63,293 nt of DNA, filler included, from Bonamia ostreae (GCA_040357525.1; 28 parts of 28 records of this genome joined end to end with filler, not necessarily neighbours in it), one strand, 5' to 3'; counted from the whole stretch's first letter, positions 46,351 to 59,615 are shown. Numbers and translations: made by a program. Notes: a model not told the origin generated them from the sequence alone.

Positions 46351-49300
46351 GAGAGATGACATGAAGGTGGTGAATGACATCACACGTAATGAGAGAGGAA
46401 GAGGTTTGTTGATATGTTTTTGCTCTAAGCACTAACGGTGACAAGGATTTTTAATCATGAAAATGCAACTAGGTTTAATGATATCTTTGTTTTCAGGAGA
46501 AGACCGGACCAGTTATTGAAGAAGTGGGGATGGAGATGGAAGAAGAGCATATACCTTTGGTATGCATTAATAAGGAGCTTTGCTTTAGTTATCTAACAGT
46601 TCATGTACGCAATGGATGAATTAGATCAAAATCCTTTTACACATTCCAGAATGAGGCCGCCATTAGTAACCCTAACCCATCCCGTGACGTTTCCAATGAG
46701 GTCAGTGTCACAGATTGACCAAGCTCTTGTCAAAATATGAGAAATGACAAACTTCATAATAATTTACATTATTTTGTTTTCACTTCAAGTCATTTCTTCT
46801 TAAATACTTCCGTATGTCCATGCTAGTGACATAATTTTAGTGACTCTGCCACAGCCTTGGGTGAGGGAAATCCTACACTGCTTAAAATTATTCTATTGGG
46901 TAAATCCCCAAAAGCTTTAGGGTAATCAGCGTTGCCAATGTATGAAGACTCCCTCAGCCTTGTTGACCCCACATATATCATTATCAAATGCAAAAATAAA
47001 ATCTATAATTTCTCAAAAAGTTTTGCACACACTTTCTCTAGTATAGCAAAACGCTGTATGAATAATACATGTAGTTGTTAAATAATAAACAAAACACATC
47101 TGTATATATTTTGGAAGCTCTATTTGAAAGTATCATGTGACATGATACAAAATAATGTCTTGATACTTAGATTCCAAGTCGTGTCTTCCAAATAACTTCT
47201 AAGTAATTCCACACAAGTGAAACTAAAACTATCCATAATTATCTAATGCCAAGACTTTCTTAACAGAAGGGAAGTAATAAGTCCCATGCCTCTTTTGTGG
47301 GAAGCTATTGCTTTTATTGTCTCTGCCAAATCCCTGGGCGGGGAAAATCATGAAACACTTACAAATGTTCCTTGTGGTAAAACAGAAATGTTTTGGGGGA
47401 ACCAAGGCTGCAACTATATGACTTCCCTCTTGGCGTACCGAATAAGTGGAATTTCTAGCGAGATACAAACTTAGTGAGTTTTATATAAAATGGGTATACC
47501 GGTTATATATATTTAGCGATAGCTAATTCTAGCGACTCCAGAATTNNNNNNNNNNNNNNNNNNNNNNNNNNNNNNNNNNNNNNNNNNNNTTAATTAATTA
47601 ANNNNNNNNNNNNNNNNNNNNNNNNNNNNNNNNNNNNNNNNNNNNAACAGTTTCACATGTAGCTGTTTTATTCACAGGACATGATAACAGTTTCACATGT
47701 TCATGTATGTTTTAATCATTGTTTTAAAAGTAGTAAAATCTAGAAGTGAATGAACAGAGCGAAAATAGCCTTCGTTAACAATTTCATTTACTGGGTTTTT
47801 TTCCTTTCAAATCGCAACTTCCTATCCTCTATAAGATACTTTTCAGAACACTATCATAGATAATATTTCCTGAACTTTTTACGGTAGGATTTTCATGTAG
47901 TCTTTTCATATAAAGTTTCATATAACTGTTTGTCATCTTCACCTATCATCTTTTGAAGGTTCCGTTAGGCCTTGTTACATTTACCTTGGAGTTTGACTCA
48001 TTTTTTTTACACTAAGATCTCTTTAAGTTATTCAACTTATAACGATCATATTTCATATCTACTGAATGGTTGGTTGATTGTTTGTAATTATGATATTGTT
48101 TTGGAAATATATCAAACAAGAAAAAAAATTATAGGAATTTACAAAAATCGTATTACTGTTTGATTTATTGCACGTGGACTTTTTCATTGGATAGTATACT
48201 TTATTAAAATATTTTAAAAATAAATCATATTTTCAGAAAAATCTTTTCGTAAAAGGTTAAATAACATCCCTCTCAAAGGCAATATGAAATTAAATTATCC
48301 ATTTACCACACATATTTATGAAAATAAGATTTTGTTTCAAATTTTAACCAAGGGCTGTTAACTCTTTCAAAACGTCTAGAGTGCAACAAGATTGGCTTCA
48401 AATCAGTTACTAGTCATCTGAATTTCGTTTACTTCACTTTAATCATTATTTAACAATAAATATTTAAACTTCATTCCCACGGATGCGCAAAGTAAGTTAA
48501 TACGCTCTAAAATATCGGTGTGAAGGTGGTTCAGATTTAATATGCATGAACTGACGGTTAGTGCTCATTCCTTCCTTCGTGTGTACGAGGCATCAGGTGG
48601 GTGTATTTCAGTCGATATATCCGTTTGCTGTCCAGGGGNNNNNNNNNNCACACCCACTCCGCACCCACCCCTCCGTGTGACTGTGGTTCCGCTATCCAAT
48701 GCACGCACGTACGCCAAAAGCTAATTAATTCCTTCGTGTGAACGAGGCATCATTTTGGTTTAAATCATTCGAAATATCCTTTTGCTATACATTGAATACC
48801 TTAATTTCGATAGAAAGTTGGAAATAAATCAAGACTTCATGTTGAAATAGTGGTTATAGTTTTCAAGTACAACATGAAATGATTGCCAAGCCAAGGATGC
48901 CTTTCAATGAAAAATTTTCTTTATCTATTACAGACAAAAAAGAAACGATGCTTGTGATCATTTCTTACTGCTTATACAACAACCGGGGGAACCCACCAAA
49001 CATTCTCCATGGATGGGATCAACCAGAATTTGTGGAAAAATTCACAAACATTATCTATGATAGCGAATTTCGATTTTATAGATGCGACCAAAATACTCTG
49101 GCTTTTTTAGAAATCAAGAATTTCTTAGACATATGAAGTATTTAGAAATGTTAAATGCACAGAAAATCTACATCGTTCCTAGCATGATTAGTACAGTTTG
49201 GTGNNNNNNNNNNATGTATATGATATTGAATAAATTCAGAATCAACATATTTTCAAGTCTTCACATTCGATGCATACGGAGGAATCAGTTTCAACACGGA

Positions 49301-50017
49301 TGCTTGACTGTCTTAAGAGCAGCACACTATGTCGTCTGACAACACATGTTCAGCAAATCAAATTTACTTTAAATTAAACTAACATAAGAGAATGGGCATT
49401 TCGTGGTAGGCGTAAGGATGGCAAAGAACAGTGACCAGTGTGTGTCAATTTCAATGAAAATCGTTCATAGAATAAGTTGTGTAATCATGATATACTAGCA
49501 TGAGTACTATTATTCAAAGAATATACCTATTTTGAGGAGAACTTCATTTTATTCAAACTTTTGTCTCCAAGGATTTTTTTTTCTTTTTCTTTTTTTTTTT
49601 TTGAAGATTACAGGCAAAATCCAATTCTAATTATTTATGATTAGCATTCTTGTGCCTTTATATTTCAGTGAAAGGTAATTGCGCGTCGAGCTTACTAGTG
49701 AACGGATTCATGTCATTTATCAGGAACGAAGTACGTTAAACCAGCTTATTAAAGAAGTCAATAACTCACGTTGAAAGATAATAAAACTATGTTCATTNNN
49801 NNNNNNNNNNNNNNNNNNNNNNNNNNNNNNNNNNNNNNNNNTTAATTAATTAANNNNNNNNNNNNNNNNNNNNNNNNNNNNNNNNNNNNNNNNNNNNATA
49901 TTTATGTCACGATTTTTTCAAAAAAAAAATCAGAAAACGAGCAAATAATTGATTTAAATAAAAGATTTGCGCAAAGTAATAATCACAAAACTTAAAATCT
50001 GGCTAAATTGACATTTT

Positions 50018-51623
50018 ATGGCGAAAAAGCGCCAAAACAAAAAGGCTTCTAAAGAGGACAAAGATGATAAAGAACTGGACGCCATTATGGATTTTCTTAA
50101 CGATTCTTCAGCTCCCGCGAAAACTGAACAACAGAATAAGAGCAAAACTAAAAATATTAACTCAAAAAAACCTCAAAACGCAAATCCGCCTAAAAACAAA
50201 GCAAAAAGCGCTATTGCTTTAAAACTACAACAAGTTTAACAATTTTTCAAAATTAAAAAGAGAAAGAAATTAATCGAGAAACAGCGTAAAAAACAATTGG
50301 AATTGGAATTAGAACGACAAAAAAAAGAACAGGCCATAAAAGAAGAAGAGGAACGAATTGAAAACGAAAGAAAAGAAGAATTGAAAAGAAAAAAACGTTT
50401 TTATAGCAAATTTAAGAATTGAAGAAAGAAAAAATCGAGAAAGCCAAAAAAGAAGGCACTTATTTGACCCCAAAACAACTCAAAAAGAAACAAGCTGCAC
50501 AAATAGCGAAAGAACAGTTCATCTCTGCTGGAATGTTGAAAGATAAAACTGTTCCTATTAAAAAACAAGTTTTTATAATTTGGCCAATTTTGACAAATCG
50601 AAAAATTATGTTTTTGTAATTTGGCCAATTTTGACAAATCGAAAAATTATGTTTTAATAATTTGGCCAATTTTGACAAATCGAAAAATTATGTTTTTATA
50701 ATTTGGCCAATTTTGTCAAATCGAAAAATTATGTTTTTGTAATTTGGCCAATTTTGTCAAATCGAAAAATTATGTTTTAATAATTGGACCAATTTTGACA
50801 AACTGAAAAAATTTTGCGTTCAAAGGCGAAAAAGAAAAAAGCAAAGAAAAAATTCATTAAAGCGGAACAGTTGATTAACGAAGAGCAGATTGCCAAAGAA
50901 AAGATTATCGAAGTGGCAGCTGATTCGGACAAAAACGACTCCGAACAATCCGTTGAATCAATAAGCAATTGGGAAAACGTTACAAGCGAGTCCGAGTCCA
51001 ACGGTTCTGAACAAGTTTTGGAAAGCAAAGAAACCCCTTTACTAAACACTAAAACGACCGCAGATAACGAAACGAGTGAAATTTATAAAACGGTCCCAAA
51101 CGGCGCAAAGAAATTTATAAAAAAGGACTTAAAGCGCGATAAAACAAAAACCAAAGAAAATAAACTTCGTTCACCAATTTGCTGTGTTCTGGGGCACGTC
51201 GACACCGGCAAGACAAAACTGCTCGACAAAATGAGAAGCACTTCGGTTCAAGACAACGAGGTCGGAGGGATAACCCAACAAATCGGCGCCTCTTTTTTCC
51301 CGCAAAATTTCATCGCAGCTGCGGCCAAAAAGTTGGAAGCGGCCGGACTGGAGCCTCTCAGCTGTAAAGTTCCGGGGCTTCTCGTCATCGACACTCCTGG
51401 CCACGAATCCTTTTCCAATTTGCGGAAAAGAGGGTCCAATCTTTGTGATATTGCCGTTTTGGTAGTCGACATAATGCACGGAGTCGAACCGCAAACGCGC
51501 GAGTCTCTGCGATTGCTGCGTTCTAAAAAGACGCCTTTTGTCGTGGCACTAAACAAAATAGACAAAATCTACGAATGGGAAGCCCATCCTGGCGAGCCTT
51601 TTGTCGTTTCAATCCTTAAACAA
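50018..51623 (+). CDS. EIF5B: Translation initiation factor eIF5B, 5' part (introns 50234-50260, 50397-50416, 50569-50825)
   Basis: [59 protein letters not shown]; charged N-terminus with EGTYLTPKQ. Confidence 0.97.
50569..50813 (+). repeat. 41-bp tandem repeat, 6 copies, filling an eIF5B intron
   Basis: GTTTTTATAATTTGGCCAATTTTGACAAATCGAAAAATTAT starts at 50569, 50610, 50651, 50692, 50733 and 50774; the last copy is degenerate. Confidence 0.97.
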
Positions 51624-52149
51624 GTTATCTTTGAATTTTTTATTAATTTTCTGTTATAACAGTGTATTTGTTATATTACTTTTTTTTTGTTTTAAATTTT
51701 TTAGTTTATTTTATATTTTTTATAAAGCATTTAATTATTTGAGTTTATTTGTTTGTGTTTACATTTGTTTTATGTTATTTTGTGATATAGTAATTAGATT
51801 TTAGTTAATTATGTTGTTTTCATTATTATAATTTTGTTTTTTTTTGGTTAAATTTGTTGACGTTTTGTTTTGGGTTAATAATTTGTGGACTTGATGTACA
51901 AAAAATTTTAAATAATTTTTTGTTGTTTTGTATCATTTAAGTTTAAACTATTTTTGAGAATTGTTTATTTTTATTTTTAATTTTAAAGTTTTTCAATTTT
52001 TATTTAAATGTATTAGTTTGATATCCTATTGTGTCTTAAGAATTATCGTNNNNNNNNNNNNNNNNNNNNNNNNNNNNNNNNNNNNNNNNNNNNTTAATTA
52101 ATTAANNNNNNNNNNNNNNNNNNNNNNNNNNNNNNNNNNNNNNNNNNNN

Positions 52150-54290
52150 AAATCGTCAAAAAACGTTTTTTCTTTGTTACCAAACTTTCCCGGGAACGAA
52201 ATATTAACATAATCCGATTTGACCAAAAAATGATTTAGCGATCGGTTCGAAAAAGCAAATTTCCGCTCGAAGAAATCGGTCTGCAGAAAAATATCTCTTT
52301 TTTCGATTCCGTTAAACTGGATTTTCACCAAAAGACTTTCTGTTCCTCCGCAAACGCAAATTTCATTTTCGCCTTTCGATAATTTGAATTGCCGCTCAAA
52401 AGTGTAAAGAGTTTTAAAGTCTTCACTGAATCGATCGTAAAAATCGTCTTTTGGATATCGTCTCTTTTATGTTGTAACAATAAAAAACTTTGTTGTTTTC
52501 CATTAACAAAATAAAGTTTCTAGTGATTTCTTTGGAAAGTCGACTCGATATTCTGTCTCTGTTAAGCTCAATAAATTTGAAAATGTTTTCAAAAGAAACA
52601 GTGCACAATAAATCGGACTTTTATTTAATTATTTAAACGTTTTCGGAATTTTCGTTGTTCGAAATCGAATTATTAAATCTCTTAAAAAAGAGGAAAATTA
52701 TTTCTTCGGAAATTTCAAATTTGGCTTTGCCCAAAATGTCTTCGAAGATTTCGTAAAATAATTTGATTTGCAATTTTTTTCTTGTTTTTTTTTAATTGGA
52801 TAAATTTAAAAAATTGGCTAAATTTTTTAAAATTGGCTAAATTTTCTGTGATTTTTGTTTATTAAAACTCCATTTTTTCGACGATATTAAAAGCGATTTT
52901 GGCTAATTTTTGGTCAGTCAAAATTTCAAAAATGGGTCGAAGAGCATTTTCGAAACCACAAAAATCGTTTTTAATTGCCATTTTTTCAGTGCACTGCAGA
53001 AATCTTTTTAGACTTTTTTCCAATAAAATTTTGTTTTCCAGAAATATTTCGATGATATTTTTTCTCGTCGTTGCTGATATTTTAGATTCCAACAAAGTCA
53101 TCTTTTTTTAAACAAATTTTAATAAGAAAAATAAAACAACAAAAAAATAAAACAATTTGAAAAAACAAATTTAATAAAAAATAAAACAATTTGAAAAAAA
53201 ATTTAATAACAAAAAAAACAAGTACTTCAGAAAGTTTCTGAACAAAATCTTCAATATTTTCTTTTGTAGATTGATCGCTATTTGAAAGAACTGTCAAATT
53301 TAGCGAAACGGATTTTAAAAGCAAATTCAAAATTTCTTCTTTTTTGGCATTTTTTTCGTTTAAAGTTTCTATCAGTAACATTGAAAGAGACAATATCTTC
53401 AATGTGTTGAACGGATTGCTGTAACAAAAATCCATTTTTCTGGGCAAATCGAGATTTTGTTTTCCCGTTAAATGACTGTTTTTTGTACAAAATGTGTCTA
53501 AAAACTTTAATTTGAGAAAAAAAAACTTTCAGAACATCAATTACCAAATCTTCAATTTGCAAATTCTCTAAATCGATAAAATCGGTTTTTGGCCGAACGG
53601 GGTTTCTGAAAACGGAAATTTTGTTGTTAATTGCGTCGTACAACAAAATTTGATTGTTGTCATTATCAAAACATCCATCTGTTACTATCTTCTCGGCTTC
53701 GAAATCGCTGAAGCCGACGAAGGACATATCTTTTATTCTTACAAATTTGACGCTTGATTTTTCTTGTTGATATGTATATGAGGAGTTGGGGTATATCAAA
53801 CAGATATGTGTGTCTTCAATGTTAATTTTTGTTTTTTCTCGGTCAAAAATATTTAAAAATTTTTGAGACTGAAAATTGCATTTTTATTTTTTTGACCAAA
53901 AATATTAGAATTTTGTGGACAAAATCACAATCCAAAATTGCAATTTATAAGAAAATCAACCTGTTGCAAACAACTTAATATCCTCCAAAAATAAGACTTT
54001 TTTCGATAAATTAGCACCTGTTTCTAGTCGCCTCAATTTCATTTGTCTCATTGTACTCTTTTCAATCATTTTCATTTCTCGGAAATCACAAAAATATTTT
54101 TTTAAGCTAACGCCTTTCATTGTTATCATTTCTTTTTTGTATGCTTCTTCGATTTGTGCACTTGAAATCTGGTCGAAATCAATTAATCTTTGGTCGTTTT
54201 TTTGTGCGTACCAGAGAACTGGGTTTCCAGTGTTTTTCTTATAAACGTTTTTTGTTTTTTTGTTGTATTTTGGGTCTTTTTAAATTTTAA
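52150..54290 (-). CDS. Large multi-exon protein fragment containing a WWE-like domain
   Basis: Exon ~53962-54240 reads VLWYAQKNDQRLIDFDQISSAQIEEAYKK...YFCDFREMKMIEKSTMRQMKLRR (WWE pattern; missed by the ORF track). Further same-strand ORFs run down to 52150. Confidence 0.6.
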
Positions 54291-54399
54291 ATAAAAATTN
54301 NNNNNNNNNNNNNNNNNNNNNNNNNNNNNNNNNNNNNNNNNNNTTAATTAATTAANNNNNNNNNNNNNNNNNNNNNNNNNNNNNNNNNNNNNNNNNNNN

Positions 54400-55332
54400 G
54401 ACATGATATTGTAGAACCTTCATTTTAATACACAATGTTGCCCTACTAAAATGAGCTACCAACTAAGGCCTCCAACTTCAAGATGTGGGTTCTTTTGCTG
54501 GAGAGTAAAAGTTAATGGTACAATATGTAATTGAGCAGTGGAGTATTTGTAGCCAGTAATGGATAGATATGATATCGTGATGGTCAGGTCTGTAGATTAT
54601 GTAAGCTGCGGAATACTTACGTCATATGTTAACTTAGTATTGGTTGCTGATGATAAATTTAACAATATAGGGGTCACTGTGACGTTTGAGAACATCGTCT
54701 GGAATCGGACTAGAATGAGCTGAAAGTTAACGTCTGCTTCTGCTATCTATAGGAAGTCCACTGTTTACGAGCAATAACACTCGATTTGTCTCTGCTCTAA
54801 ACTGAATATTGTGATTCAAGGCCATCAAAACCAATGCCCTAATAAAACCCACACCCTAGGTGATTTTGCAGATTGTTTGTTTAGGATGTGTACAAGTGCA
54901 ATGTTGTCTACAAGGAGTGACCGTTTATGCCGCAAATTAAAAACCAAAAGAATACGCATCAGTTCTGTAAAAGATATATTCTGCAAAACTAGGGTGTTGG
55001 ACAACAGAGAAGGCCACGATACATGAACCCATTGCCCGTGGAAGTAGTCTCCACAACCAAGGTTGGTCGATCTCTGTTAAGAGTTGCAAAGTTTCTGGTG
55101 TAGCCCATTTGCTGCCCGGAAAGTGCAGGATGCCATTCAAATGGACTAAAAATCCAAGCTAAGTACACATGTCTTGAAGCAAGGATTTCATAATTCTTAT
55201 ATGTTGGCAGTGTCTAAATGGCACTGACATGATATTGTAGAACCTTCATTTTAATACACAATGTTGCCCTACTAAAATGAACTACCAACTAAGGCCTCCA
55301 ACTTCAAGATGTGGGTTCTTTTGCTGGAGAGT
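54400..55332 (+). repeat. 107-bp direct repeat pair (54400-54506 and 55226-55332), one mismatch
   Basis: GACATGATATTGTAGAACC...TTTTGCTGGAGAGT occurs twice, 826 nt apart; the first copy starts at the contig edge. Confidence 0.93.
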
Positions 55333-55913
55333 TCGTGCTGTAATGATAGTTTAAGTTCTGAACAGGTATATTAACTTGCATGTTTACGGTATCTATATCA
55401 AAGCCGAGTAATGTAACGTTTTTCATATGTGTTCAATGGTTTTCCCTGGCTCAGGGGTACACCTAATTATTGTAAATATCTTGCGTTATTCATGAGTATA
55501 AGACAATGGTCTGAATTGCTTTGAGCAGCACATATGAAATCATCCACGTAATGATGAAGTATGGAGGTTTGTTTTGAATTTGACTACCCATTCTAAGAAA
55601 TTGTGGAGAAGGTTTCCAATATTTGACAGGATATTGAACAACCAAAATGAAGATATTTGTGGATGTAGTATACGTCCTTAAAGTTCAAATATAACGACAA
55701 TAATATTGCTTCATGTGCAAATAATTCATAACTATCGTTTATTTAAAAAAAATGAACCAATCCGCATAATTTTGTGTCACCCCTGTGTCACGCTTTACCT
55801 GTATAAAAATCGATGTTGTTTAGAAGTTATGCCGCAGTTGCTTCCCTTGTATGCTACGTCATCAGAGCCAATAACCATAACACGTGTATTACTGACAAAA
55901 CAAAGAGTAAACT

Positions 55914-56549
55914 ATGGCCAGTTTTGCCGATCTTAGTGACAGTGAAGGCGAAACTCCAGAAGTAGACCTTTCCATAAACATTAAGCCATATATGTTTGAG
56001 CCAGTGAAGGAAAATAATCAGCCGGGAAGTGATACTTCCTCGGAAAACGAGACTGACAGTGAAGGGGAACCCGACAGCATAGACCACGTTGATGCATTAC
56101 AAGCAGCAAACGGCGTTGATAATTGGTATGTTTTCAATAAACAATAAATTTCATTCCTCCATAATTATTGCAATTCGGCTTGTTATAAAAAAAAATGACT
56201 GATGATAAATTATTTTTCTGCCAATTCTGGTACAAATTAACTCGATCCAACTATCACACCTGTATTTATTTACTGTACATTTTATGGCGTCGTCACGTGA
56301 TCCAACAGGTATTTTATGGGTTGCTTCTATATATTTTTTCACTAGAAAAGGAAACCTTTTTTTCATTCAAGGTGTACATGTACCAAGTGTAGTCAAATGC
56401 CAACTGTTATAGAAAACAAGTGCTGTAGGAATACAAATATTGTTGATGGTAAAATAGAAGAAGAGGATCTCACCTGCATCACAGACCATGAAGGTTTCAT
56501 AGTAAACTGCCTTAACAGACATGTACTGGAGACCTCATACTATGAGTAT
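55914..56549 (+). CDS. Stand-alone P2X7 cytoplasmic-ballast-like (nanor/KolX-type) Cys-rich protein, host-like, 3' truncated
   Basis: IKPYMFEP, acidic linker, then NW|CTCTKCSQMPTVIENKCC...CITDHEGFIVNCLNRHVL across a GTATGT...AG intron. Confidence 0.8.
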
Positions 56550-56671
56550 NNNNNNNNNNNNNNNNNNNNNNNNNNNNNNNNNNNNNNNNNNNNTTAATTA
56601 ATTAANNNNNNNNNNNNNNNNNNNNNNNNNNNNNNNNNNNNNNNNNNNNAAAAAAAATCAAAATGGCAAAC

Positions 56672-57866
56672 CAATAAACGATGATTAAATTGCACAGCGG
56701 GTTGATTCTCAAAAAAATTTTTCCATTTCTCTAAAATAAACTCGTTAAAATAATCGGTCGGCACCAAACGTCCTTCTTCGCCCATCCAAGGAAACGTGTT
56801 ATAAATCGAACCGGCCTAAATTTACAATTTTCGAACCTCATTACCGGCTACAAACGCGCCAGAAAAGGCGGTCATAAAGACAATTAAACTAGTCACTAAA
56901 ACTGAACGCCTCAAAAATATTGGCGGAAGTTTGGATAAAAAAGTTTTAAAGCGATTTTGGGACAACAAATGGAGATCGAGGCTGTTTAGACCTGTTTTTA
57001 CAAGGGCCAAATAGATTACGAACGCTGAAACCAAATGAACCGAAAGTCTTTTCATTACGAACCAAATTAACCTGTAAGGACTTACTCGCGGCAGATCTAA
57101 ATGGGTCGATGGCTTTTCATCCAATCCACTTTTTACCATCCACCAACCAATAAGTCCCTATTTGTTAAAATACATTTGCAGTTATCGTTTTTTTTAAGAT
57201 TATTGCAAATTTTTTGAGACCGCCCGTTCAATTTTAAATGGTTTGTTTTCGAAGATATGTCGTTTTACGAATTGAAAAATTAAATAATCGATGATTGTTA
57301 TGTTGCATCGACAAAATTAAAACTTGAGATCCGCCCAGAAGAAACAACAGAGAAAGTTTTTTGGCGATCGATCTATTGATGAAACCTCTGGCTGCAAAAT
57401 AGACAGCTGGAACAGCGAAGACGAGTCCGAGCAATCTTCCAAGCATTCTGTGCAAATATTCCATCACATAAATCTTCTTGAATCCATTCAAATCCATTTC
57501 CGAGGTCAGTTTTTTGTACTCCGGAAAGGTTTTGTATCTGGCGAATTCCTCTTCCCACATTTTTTGGTTGAACGGGAATTTTTGGCCGAGAAACTTCCAT
57601 GACGTCTTTTATTAAATTCCGGAAAAATTAACCATCGAGAGACCACTGCGGGTAAGTCTAGTGACACCTCCGACGACGACCATTGTGAAAACGACCCCAG
57701 AACAAACAAACAACCATTTATATACTTTGTTTTGCCCGTTTGGAATGTTAAAAGAAATTTGCGAAGACTGGACATTAAAAGGTCTCTTGTGCAAAAGGCG
57801 AAGATGGGAAAAATTGGACAAGTTCAACCGAGTTTTGAATACTTCTCGAAACCTAGTCAAAGACAT
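56672..57866 (-). CDS. COX15: Heme A synthase COX15, 5' part (introns 57606-57632, one longer intron, 57048-57071, 56816-56836)
   Basis: [93 protein letters not shown]. Confidence 0.97.
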
Positions 57867-58043
57867 GTTCGAATTTCAAAACAATTAATTACAGTTTTTC
57901 TATATAACAACAAATTTAACCAGCTTTAATAATGGCTGGTCGAATTTGAATCAATGCACTCAAATTAATTACAGACCATTAGCGCATAACAATCCTAATT
58001 CTTAGATTTTTACAGTAAAATTTAATAAACTTGACAGAAAATT

Positions 58044-58680
58044 ATGGGTGAAAAACCGAGCGAAATGGAAGAATGCCTCAAACTCTGCAATTTGCTGCAA
58101 AGCAAACCTGAAGCCGAAGCTTTTTTAAGTCCGGTCGACTGGAAAGCTTTAAATCTCCCAGATTATCCTCAGATCATAAAACAGCCAATGGATTTGGGCA
58201 CAATCGAAGTTTCTAAAAATTTTACGTTCGAAACAAAAAGAAAAACCTGAAACAAAACGTTTACAAAGACTCGCACGAATTTTCGAAGGACATGCGATTG
58301 ATCTGGAAAAACGCAAAAACATACAATCAAGAAGGATCCGGAATTTACGTCGTAGCGCACGTTTTAAAAAACCAAACCAACAGCAATTGGAAGGTTTGTT
58401 CGAAAAACGCTTCGCGAACATTCACAAGTCGGCCACGAAAAAACGCGAATCGACGCAAAAAGAAAGGGAGATTTTCACAACTCTCGTCAAACAACTTACG
58501 GCCGAGCAACTGGGATTAGTAGTTGAGATGATTGAGCTGAAATGCCCGCAAGCGTTGAGTGAGGGCGGTCAGGACGACCTTGAAATTGAGGTTTATGACA
58601 TTGACGGAGAGTCGATGGAAAAACTGAACGATCTTGTAAAGAAGTGCGTAGAGGAGAACGCCCAAACTGTAAAGGAATAA
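58044..58680 (+). CDS. Minimal BET-like protein: single bromodomain plus ET domain (193 aa; introns 58209-58240, 58361-58383)
   Basis: FLSPVDWKALNLPDYPQIIKQPMDLGTIE, DMRLIWKNAKTYN, then LTAEQLGLVVEMI...DDLEIEVYDID...L (NET/ET pattern). Spliced length 582 nt. Confidence 0.92.
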
Positions 58681-58898
58681 ATTTGAGCAATGAAAATACG
58701 ATTTTTTGTTCTGGCCATTTTTTAGATTTTTTAAAAGCCAGTTTCGGATTCAGAATTACTATATCGATGATTATTAACAAGCTGAAAATATTTAAAGCNN
58801 NNNNNNNNNNNNNNNNNNNNNNNNNNNNNNNNNNNNNNNNNNTTAATTAATTAANNNNNNNNNNNNNNNNNNNNNNNNNNNNNNNNNNNNNNNNNNNN

Positions 58899-59300
58899 GT
58901 CGATAAAGGGCTTCCTTGTGGAAGACCGTATTTAAATGACTTTTTAACATTGTGCATTCCATGTATTGAAGGAAACCTTCTCGAGAAAATTCTCGAAAAG
59001 CAATTTTTTAATGGGCTCGTTAAATTGAAAACTTAACTAATACGTACCTCTCTTTTTTGCAGTTGCGTCTTTCGTAAATAATTATGAAACTGACGAAATC
59101 AAATAAATGCGACGATGGAGTTCGCTGGAAATCTAACAATAAATGTGTGCAAAACTTCAATAAGCATAAGAAAGAATTCCTTCTTTTTCAACTCAAAACT
59201 GCCACTTGACAAAATAACAGATCAATCACGAAGAAATTTCGTCGACCTTGGAAACTCCCCTGGTTGCACAGAATATTGAAAATCAGAAAATATAAGCTGT
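58899..59300 (-). pseudogene. Decayed non-LTR retrotransposon reverse transcriptase remnant
   Basis: KSFKYGLPQGSPLS at the contig edge (RT motif GxPQGSxLS), preceded across stops and frameshifts by FDFVS and YFLISI...SKVDE (AFDxV-like and YRPISL...K..E-like). Confidence 0.5.
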
Positions 59301-59615
59301 TATTAGAAACAGCAAAAAAGAAACAAATTAATTATTGAGAAAGAAAAAAATTGGCTTTTCAAAAAAACGAGGATTCAAAAATTAGGCTTTCTATTCGAAC
59401 CATAAATTAAAAAATACATGAAAAAAGTAAAATTTGAAATGGCGTGTTTTAAATTTTTTCATCATAAGTCAACAGAACCGATATTATAGTTTTAAAAATC
59501 GCTTATTCGAATCAACTAAAAAATAAACGTTGTCGTTTTAGCGTTAAGCAAATCAATATATTATTGACAAACCTATTATATACCAAATTCGCAACTCCGC
59601 AATCGAAAAGCCAAA

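Noticed and set aside
50569-50813. 41-bp repeats as a CRISPR array
   Set aside because: Head-to-tail copies with no unique spacers, inside a eukaryotic intron, and no cas genes.
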